NCBI RefSeq assembly: GCF_006345805.1
Contig: NC_043000.1
Coordinates: 105,648,001 to 105,712,000, forward strand
Origin: Octopus sinensis
Taxonomy: Eukaryota
DNA length: 64,000 nt
Direction of reading: 5' to 3'
Under the pieces are notes generated by a model. It saw only the letters and a list, made by a program, of their open reading frames with translations, was not told the DNA's origin and searched no databases. This document shows, piece by piece, positions 55,442-64,000 of the stretch (position 1 is its first letter; the number at the start of each line of letters is the position of its first letter). The position numbers and the translations under genes were made by a program.

Positions 55442-56001
55442 TTGGGTTGTCTGGAAAGTTCATGCCGATTTTTAAAGGAAAGAAAAAGGTCAATAAACAC
55501 TTGCCATTACATTTTTAATCAACCAAATATGAACCATTTTGTTGCACAATGCCTCTCCATCTTTCTTTTAACTTGAAAATACCTTCTTCCCAGAATTGAG
55601 GTGGTTTCATGGCAAAGAATTCATCAAGGTATCTTTTTACATCATCCAAGGAATTGAAATTTTTACCATTAAGACTATTCCGTAGAAACCTGAATAAGTG
55701 GAAATCCGAAGGAGCAATATCTGGTGAATATGGAGAGTGGGGTAACACATCCCAGCTGCGCTGCAGCAATTTTTGTATGGTTCCCAAAGCATCAAGTGCT
55801 GAAGATGAACTTTCTTATTTTCCATTTTAAAGGCTTACAGAATTAACACAGGTTATAGGAACACAAATCTTCTTCCATGAAAAGATAGCTTAAATTGTGC
55901 TCTAAATGGAGTTGTAGTCAAATCCTATTTTATGGACTCAACCATGTTCTAAAAGAAGTCAAAAGGTAAGCTACTATAAATTGGCACGAACTTTTCGGAC
56001 A

Positions 56002-56007
<6 letters not shown>
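55442..56007 (-). mobile_element. Internally deleted mariner (566 bp) in (TA)n
   Basis: TIRs ttgggttgtctggaaagttcatgccga / ttggcacgaacttttcggacaacccta; ORF 55515-55787 encodes WDVLPHSPYSPDIAPSDFHLF..ERWRGIVQQNGSY. Confidence 0.92.
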
Positions 56008-56055
<48 letters not shown>

Positions 56056-56177
56056 AGGAACCAAAAGTAATAAAAATTATTAATCTAACTCACAAGGAAC
56101 TAACAGCAAACCAAATAAACATACTTTCCAAAGGACTCAAGTTTACACCCACCCCACAACACCCCAACTACAATGAA

Positions 56178-58331
56178 ATGAAAGAAGACATCGCAGAATT
56201 CTGCAGAAAATTAAGACTTACTGAGGAGCTATACGATAAATACAACGAGGACGAATCGTTAGCCAGAAATAGGAGTAACTACACCCCCTCGAAAGGTAAG
56301 AATAAAACACTTGATGATTTCTGTGACCACATATCAAATTACCCATATCAACATATGCACAAACAAAAACACAAACCAAACTTCAGCAAAAAAGAATGGG
56401 CTGAGTTGAACAAATTAAAACTAGATAAAACAATAACAATCAAAGAGGCCGATAAAGGGAGTGCTGTTGTCTTAATGGACACGACATTTTACATAACTTT
56501 GGTACTTTCTATGCTGGAAGACACAACATACTATGAAAAGGCACAAAACTACAGTCAACAAAAAATAATGAGGGAACTAAAATCTATATTAAACCCATAC
56601 AAAGCAGGGCTCACCGACAAAGAATATGATTATATGACCAATTTCACAAGTAAAACTAGCCAATTCTACGGTATACCTAAGATCCACAAAAGTGAAAAAA
56701 TAAGCAACGCATGCAAGATAGCTACAGACAAAATAATTAAAGTCCCTAATCCTAATGACCTCAAATTGAGACCCATAATAGCAGGTCCCGCATGCGAAAC
56801 CCACCGCCTCAGTAACTTTTTAGACACCCTGTTAAAACCACTCCTCAAACATGTCAAAAGCTATATAAGGGACGACTTAGATATGCTCAATCACCTACCG
56901 AATACTATAAACAAAAACACCATACTGGTATCCTTCGATGTAGTCAACCTCTACTCCAATATCCCCCACAACCTAGGACTAGAAGCAATCCAATTCTGGC
57001 TAGAGAATCACGCCAACGAACTACCACACCGCATCAAAAAAGAATTTGTGATAGAAGGGGTCAAATTCATCCTGGAAAATAACTTCTTCGCCTTCAATGA
57101 CAACTTCTACCGACAAAAATCGGGGACTGCGATGGGTACACGAATGGCCCCCTCCTTTGCCAACCTAGTCATAGGATACCTAGAGATCAGTCTGTATCGT
57201 AAGGTTCTAGAAAGATATGGCAGCCCTTTCTCCATCTACATAGAAAACAACTGGAAGAGATATCTAGATGACTGTTTCATCCTTTGGCATAAAAATATAG
57301 AAAAACACATAGAATTCCAGAAAATTTTAAACGGACTGGACGTAAACATCCAATTCACGATGGAATATAGCCAACAACAACTCCCCTTCCTCGATATCCT
57401 CATTAAGAAAGCTAATAATATAATAGAAACAGACATATACTATAAGCCTACAGACTCTAAGCAATATCTTCCATTCAATTCATGCCACCCCAGACACACC
57501 AGGATGAATATCCCCTTCAATCTAGCAAAAAGGATATGCACTATAGTCTCTAACGCAAACACCAGAGACACACGACTACAAGAACTAAAAGATACCCTAA
57601 TCACCAGGAACTATCCACCTTCACTTATTGACAAGTGCATTCAACGTGCCCTTCAACTTAACATCAAGGAACTGAGACATCCCAAATCAAAGAAAAACTT
57701 ACAACCAAAAGCCTTACCATACATCTCCACACACAACCCTCTCAATAACGAAGCCTTCGACACCATCCTCCACAACATACCCCTCCTAAAAAAAGACCAC
57801 AGAATGAACACAATCCTCCAAACACACACGATCATAAAAAGCAAAAGACAGCCTAGATCCATGAAAAGTCTCCTTACACAAGCCCGAATTCACTCCTCAA
57901 CACAGAAGCCGACAGTAAAAAAATGTGGAAGACCCAATTGCGGGATATGCGACTATCTAATTGAGGGATCAGAGTTCTCCTTCAAGCAGGGACAACGGTT
58001 TACAGTGAAAAGCAACTTCACATGTGCTTCGGAGAACCTAATATACTCACTAACCTGCTCCGGGTGTCAAGAGCAGTACATAGGCCAAACAAAAAATGGT
58101 TTGCGTAAACGAATGGCCCTGCACAGATCCCAGATAAAAATTCCCCAAAACAGAAAAATAGCTTTTAGCCAACACATAGATACTTGCGCCAACAAAAAAA
58201 CACAAAACTTCAGAATTTTCCCCCTCTACCAATTTAGGGACGATACAACCTCCAGACAACGAATAAGTAAAGAAAATCTCTTTATTACAAAATACAAGCC
58301 ACTTCTAAACGGGTCTACGACAAACAATTAA
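56178..58331 (+). CDS. Penelope-like reverse transcriptase / GIY-YIG endonuclease (717 aa from first Met; frame open from 56055)
   Basis: ADKG, FYGIPKIHK, LRPIIAG, SFDVVNLYSNIP, GTAMGTRMAPSFANL, RYLDDCF, LPFLD, CGRPNCGIC linker, NLIY..C..C..YIGQT..LRKRM..H and C-terminal KE..LN. The upstream in-frame IINLT..LSKGLKFTPTP shows the true start is missing. Confidence 0.95.
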   Translation: MKEDIAEFCRKLRLTEELYDKYNEDESLARNRSNYTPSKGKNKTLDDFCDHISNYPYQHMHKQKHKPNFSKKEWAELNKLKLDKTITIKEADKGSAVVLMDTTFYITLVLSMLEDTTYYEKAQNYSQQKIMRELKSILNPYKAGLTDKEYDYMTNFTSKTSQFYGIPKIHKSEKISNACKIATDKIIKVPNPNDLKLRPIIAGPACETHRLSNFLDTLLKPLLKHVKSYIRDDLDMLNHLPNTINKNTILVSFDVVNLYSNIPHNLGLEAIQFWLENHANELPHRIKKEFVIEGVKFILENNFFAFNDNFYRQKSGTAMGTRMAPSFANLVIGYLEISLYRKVLERYGSPFSIYIENNWKRYLDDCFILWHKNIEKHIEFQKILNGLDVNIQFTMEYSQQQLPFLDILIKKANNIIETDIYYKPTDSKQYLPFNSCHPRHTRMNIPFNLAKRICTIVSNANTRDTRLQELKDTLITRNYPPSLIDKCIQRALQLNIKELRHPKSKKNLQPKALPYISTHNPLNNEAFDTILHNIPLLKKDHRMNTILQTHTIIKSKRQPRSMKSLLTQARIHSSTQKPTVKKCGRPNCGICDYLIEGSEFSFKQGQRFTVKSNFTCASENLIYSLTCSGCQEQYIGQTKNGLRKRMALHRSQIKIPQNRKIAFSQHIDTCANKKTQNFRIFPLYQFRDDTTSRQRISKENLFITKYKPLLNGSTTNN

Positions 58332-59064
58332 TATACCTCAACTTTAGAATAAAAGAAAAACATATATATACACACAAATATTACACTCCATAGAATCCAT
58401 TACTAATCAGCCCCTTCATAGCTATACTTACACCCATTCATATTCCCCCTTCTCTGTTTTTTTCTTCTTCTTCTTCTTCCTCTTCTTCTTCATCATCATC
58501 ATTATCATCATCATCGTCGTCATCATCATCACCACCATCATCACCACCATCTTCTCCTTCTCCTCCTTCTTCTTCATCATCATCATTATCATCATCATCG
58601 TCGTCATAATCATCACCACCACCACCACCATCATCGTCATCTTCTCCTTCTCCTTCTCCTTTTCCTTCTCCTTCTTCTTCTTCTTCTTCTCCACCCCTAC
58701 CCCTTAACTTTGTCACTAATGTTTTTTAGTATAACACCTACGCTAATTCTATAAACCTACGCTAATTCTATAAACAAGCCTGTCAATATAAATATTCTCC
58801 TGAATTGAACTGAGACTGCCAGTCGCCACTGACCATTCAAAATACGACCATCAGGACACTCCCAGATTCTCCCATCCCCCTTTCCCCACCAGCCTTCTTC
58901 CTCTACTACCCTTCCAAGAACTCACAACGACCTCGACCTCCGACACACAAGTGCAAACAAGGGAGTCAGAGAAAGGCAGAATGCCACTTAAATCTGAACA
59001 CTACTATAGAAATATTCTTTTAAAAAAACTTTTCTTCTAATTTTTCTAAATTTAATTATTTAAT

Positions 59065-59112
59065 CGTTATAGTTGAAAAGGTCTCAAAATGACCGAAACC
59101 GGTACTGAAATG
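59065..59112 (+). ncRNA. Minimal type I hammerhead ribozyme (U3-A8 core variant)
   Basis: Stem I CGUUAUAG/CUGAAAUG, core UUGAAAA, stem II GGUC-ucaaaau-GACC, GAAA, palindromic mini stem III ACCGGU, cleavage triplet GUA (after 59104). Located at a PLE 3' end, where such ribozymes are known. Confidence 0.75.
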
Positions 59113-59156
59113 TTCACTATAAAATTATTTTAGCATTTTCTATTTTTGACTTGTTT

Positions 59157-59242
<86 letters not shown>

Positions 59243-59395
59243 ATATATATACACATATATATATATGTATATATATATATACACATATATATATATATAT
59301 ATATGTATGTATATATATATATACACATATATATATATATGTATATATATATACACATATATATATATATATATATGTATGTATATATATATACA

Positions 59396-61715
59396 TTGGT
59401 AGTTAGTGACTTTAGGATCAGGACTAGGAGGACAACCAGAAGACGACAAATATGGAGAAGAAGGATCTGGAAGCTTAAAGATCCTGCAAATGGACAGAGA
59501 TTTAGGGACATATTACTTGAAGCCTCTGACGAAGTAGAAGGGGATAGAGCATCACAGGGGGTAGAAGACAGCTGGACGTTTCTAAGGGACAACCTGCTGA
59601 GAGCCACTGACCAGATCTGTGGCTGGTGCAAAGTCCCCTCTCGACCTACAATAACGTGGTGGTGGAACAATATTGTAGACAGGGCTATTAGAGAAAAGAG
59701 ACAGGCTTGGAAGGTCTGGAAAAATGGGGGTAGCAGGGGATTGTATCAGACTGCCAAAAGAGAAGCTAGGAGACAGGTTTATTTAGCCAGAGGGGAAGCA
59801 GATAAGAAAAAATTTGCCAATGTTCTGCGCCGTGAGGACCAAAGACTGGAGGTGTTTCGTGTTGCAAGACAGTGTGTGAGAGAGAATCGTGATGTGGTAG
59901 GAGAGAAGTGTGTTCGCATGGAAGATGGTTCACTTGCGCTAAATGAGGATGCAAAGAGAGAGGTTTGGAGATGCCACTATGAAAGGTTGCTGAATGAAGA
60001 AAATGAATGGGATAAAGAGAGTCTGCCGAATGTTGACCCAACAGAGGGACCAGCTATCCGAGTTGATAGTTCCGTGGTAGCTAAGGCAATTAGAAGCATG
60101 AAGACAGGGAAAGCCCCAGGCCCATCAGGAATCACTGCAGAGATGCTCAAAATGTCTGGTAGTGTCGGCTATAGCCTAGTCACCCGTATAGTTAATCAGG
60201 TGATACACAAAGGGGTCATACCCAATGACTGGTGTAGCAGTATAATAGTCAACTGCTACAAAGGTAAAGGTGATGCCCTAGATACAAATAACTACAGAGG
60301 TATCAAGCTGTTGGACCAGGTGATGAAGGTTACGGAGAGGGTCATAGCCCAACTAATTAGAGAGAGAGTTAGTTTAGATGAGATGCAGTTTGGGTTTGTG
60401 CCAGGGAAAAGTACTACTGATGCTATATTCCTGGTAAGGCAGCTGCAGGAGAAATACCTAGCCAAAGATAAGCCCCTGTACCTGGCTTTTTTGACATGGA
60501 GAAAGCCTTCGACAGGGTCCCCCGATCCCTTATCTGGTGGGCAATGAGGAAACTAGGGATAGATGAATGGTTAGTGAGAGCTGTGCGGGCCATGTACAGG
60601 GACGCCGCTAGTAGGGTGAGGGTTGGAAATGTGTACAGTGAAGAATTCGGGTAGAGGTAGGAGTCCACCAAGGCTCAGTACTCAGCCCCCTCCTATTTAT
60701 CATAGTCCTCCAGGCAATAACGGAGGAATTCAAGACAGGATGCCCTTGGGAGCTCCTCTATGCTGATGACCTTGCTCTAATTGCTGAGTCGCTATCAGAA
60801 CTGGAGGAGAAGTTTCAGGTGTGGAAACAAGGATTAGAATCGAAGGGCCTCAGAGTCAATCTAGCTAAAACCAAAGTCGTAATCAGTAGGAAGGTAGACA
60901 AATCACAAACACCTTCAGGTAGATGGCCCTGCTCGATCTGTAGAAAAGGTGTAGGTAGAAACTCTATAAGATGCACCAAGTGTAAGCTATGGACACATAA
61001 GAGATGCAGCAATGTCAAAGGAAGGCTAACTAGGAAGATGGTTTTTGTATGTGGCAGATGCTCAGGAACAATAAACACTGAAAATGCTCTGAGACCAACT
61101 TCCGTCACTTTCCAGGGAGAAAAACTAGAAATAGTTGATAGTTTCCGTTACCTAGGTGACCAAGTCAGCAGCGGGGGCGGGTGTGCTGAAAGTGTAACTG
61201 CTAGAGTAAGAATAGCTAGGGCAAAGTTCAGAGACCTCTTACCTCTACTGGTGACAAAAGGCCTCTCGCTCAGAGTGAAAGGCAGACTGTATGATGCGTG
61301 TGTATGAACAGCCATGCTACATGGCAGTGAAACATGGGCCGTGACTGCTGAGGATATGCGTAAGCTCGCTAGAATTGAAGCCAGTATGCTCCGATGGATG
61401 TGTAATGCCGGTACTCACACTCGGCAGAGTGTAGGTACCTTGAGAGAAAAGCTGGACCTAAGAAGCATCAGTTGTGGTGTGCAAGAGAGACGTTTGCGCT
61501 GGTATGGTCATGTGGCGAGAATGGATGAAGATAGTTGTGTGAAAAAGTGCCACACCCTAGTGGTTGAGGGAACCTGTGGAAGAAGCAGACCGAGGAAAAC
61601 CTGGGACGAGGTGGTGAAGCACGACCTTCGAACTTTAAGTCTCACTGAGGAAATGACTAGAGACCGAGACCTCTGGAAGTGTGCTGTGCGCGAGAAGACC
61701 CGGCAGGACAAGTGA
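59396..61715 (+). pseudogene. RTE ORF2 reverse transcriptase pseudogene with internal C4HC3 (PHD-like) finger
   Basis: [46 protein letters not shown] and YADD (60759-60770). Lesions: 1-nt deletions near 60490 and 60649 and an in-frame TGA at 61305-61307. Confidence 0.93.
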
Positions 61716-61785
61716 GTCCATAACCCGTGGCCTTCTACATGGGATGGAGCCAGCCTACGTATGCATACCTTCCCTTCTTGGGACA

Positions 61786-61981
61786 CAAAACTCTACTTGT
61801 GAAGACGTGATGAGGCAAGTGAGGATCAGAATCGAAATCGATCAATGGAAATTGCGGATATGCTACCAGTGCCGGTGGCATGTCAAAACTCTGCTTGTGA
61901 AGACCCGTTGAGGCAAGTGACGATCAGAATCGAAATCGATCAATGGAAATTGCAGATGTGTTACCAGTGCCGGTGGCATGT
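61786..61981. repeat. 98-bp tandem duplication in the RTE 3' UTR
   Basis: caaaactct(a/g)cttgtgaagac..ccggtggcatgt starts at 61786 and again at 61884. Confidence 0.9.
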
Positions 61982-62313
61982 AAGAGAACTTTCCGTTTCG
62001 CGACCGTTGCCAGCACCGCCCCGTTTCGTGTCCGTTGCCAGCCTCGCCTGGCCCTCGTGCCGGTGGCACATAAAAAGCACCATCCGTTCGTGGCCGTTTG
62101 CCAGCTCTGTCTGGCACCAGTGCGTGTGGCACGTAAAAAGCACCCACTACACTCACGGAGTGGTTGGCGTTAGGAAGGGCATCCAGCCGTAGAAACACTG
62201 CCAGATTTGACTGGGCCTGATGAAGCCTTCTGGCTTCACAGACCCCAGTAGAACCGTCCAACCCATGCTAGCATGGAAAACGGACGCTAAACGATGATGA
62301 TGATGATGATGAT

Positions 62314-63090
<777 letters not shown>

Positions 63091-64000
63091 TTTGATTAAT
63101 TGAATGAGTTATCTTATTAAGGATAATTCGAAAGATAACCGATACCTGGGTAGCAAATTCACATCAGAAAGAACACGGTTGAAACATATGTCGAGAATAA
63201 AGGATATTTGTTAACTAGTCGTTCAACTCCATTCTTTCATATACTTATATGTATATATATATATATATGTATGTCTATATATGTATGTATATGTATGTAT
63301 GTATAAATGTATATATATGTATATATGTATATATATGTATTGTATGTATATATGTATATATACATATATATGTGTGTGTGTGTGTGTATCAGAGTAATGG
63401 TGCTAACCAGTGTTTACATATATTTACAATTTAGTTGAAATTAGTTGAAATATATTTGTCACATATTTCAACTGCTAAAGGCAAATACACTGCAGTTACC
63501 ATGGAGAAAAATATCTGTTATGGTAAAAAGGTCTGAAAACACTCTATTTGTTCAGTGTTGCCCTCTTTCAGGAATCTCAGACATCGCTGTTTCGAGTATA
63601 TTGACTCTTGTCGATGAGATATGCCTAAACAATGATTCTTTATTATGATAATTTTATATCATACACAGATGGGACAATACAGGACATTACAAACATAAAC
63701 TACATTTATGAGTTCCTTTTAAATTGGTTTTTAAAAATATGATGATGAATATTAATTTTAAAATTTCACAGATTTTACGATATAAACTTATCCTTGAAGC
63801 CCGTCTACACCATGCTTTTTTTTTCGAGGATGAAATTAAATAGGGTCATTCACACCCAACTTCCTTACTACATCCTTCCATCTTTTCCTGAATATACCTT
63901 AGATATAGTAATCACCCACCCTCAATTAAAAAATCGTTGGTAAATAATATTAGTAAACAAATATCATTGCTTTCTTATGATTTATAGATTTTCAATAAAC

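Larger units (their letters stand above)
56054..59160 (+). mobile_element. 5'-truncated Penelope-like retroelement (Neptune-like), flanked by (TA)n on both sides
   Basis: Uninterrupted RT + GIY-YIG ORF, ~830-bp 3' region with triplet repeats and a terminal hammerhead motif; abuts (TA)n at 56008-56053 and 59161 onwards. Confidence 0.93.
59396..62313 (+). mobile_element. Young 5'-truncated RTE-clade LINE with (GAT)n tail
   Basis: Starts at the end of the endonuclease domain (LVVSDFRI), carries the full RT, stop at 61713-61715, structured 3' UTR, tail 62293-62313, (TA)n on both sides, CpGs retained. Confidence 0.95.

Noticed and set aside
58428-58716. Acidic or poly-K/M ORFs on the minus strand
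   Set aside because: Antisense readings of (CTT)/(CAT) triplet repeats in the PLE 3' region.
63095-63200. Hairpin gttatctt/aagataac plus GAAACATATGTC (palindromic stem III-like) between microsatellites
   Set aside because: No valid YUGAnRA core in register with a closing stem II; possibly a degraded PLE terminal repeat but not supportable as a ribozyme.

Overview
AT-rich animal genomic DNA, most likely an octopus-like coleoid cephalopod. This is inferred from the SINE families, the (GAT)n-tailed RTE LINE family and the very long (TA)n/(TG)n arrays, not from a database search. The window is dominated by transposable elements of many ages: three mariner copies plus a mariner MITE, a DD37D (maT)-like Tc1/mariner, three piggyBac-derived elements plus a TTAA MITE family, a fossil Helitron Rep/helicase, tRNA-derived SINEs, three RTE-clade LINE copies with many short 3' tails, and two different Penelope-like elements (PLEs). 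The only long intact reading frame belongs to a 5'-truncated PLE (RT + GIY-YIG, open from 56055 to 58331) inserted in a (TA)n array. Its 3' end carries a minimal type I hammerhead ribozyme with a compensatory U3-A8 core (59065-59112), the best-supported unusual feature here. No host protein-coding gene could be identified. A CpG-retaining domain at about 30.5-41.4 kb, with divergent YY1-like motifs and splice-flanked segments, suggests a promoter with a minus-strand gene running leftwards, but that exon model is low confidence. Most entries in the ORF track are microsatellite or low-complexity artefacts. No CRISPR array, rRNA or bona fide tRNA gene was found.
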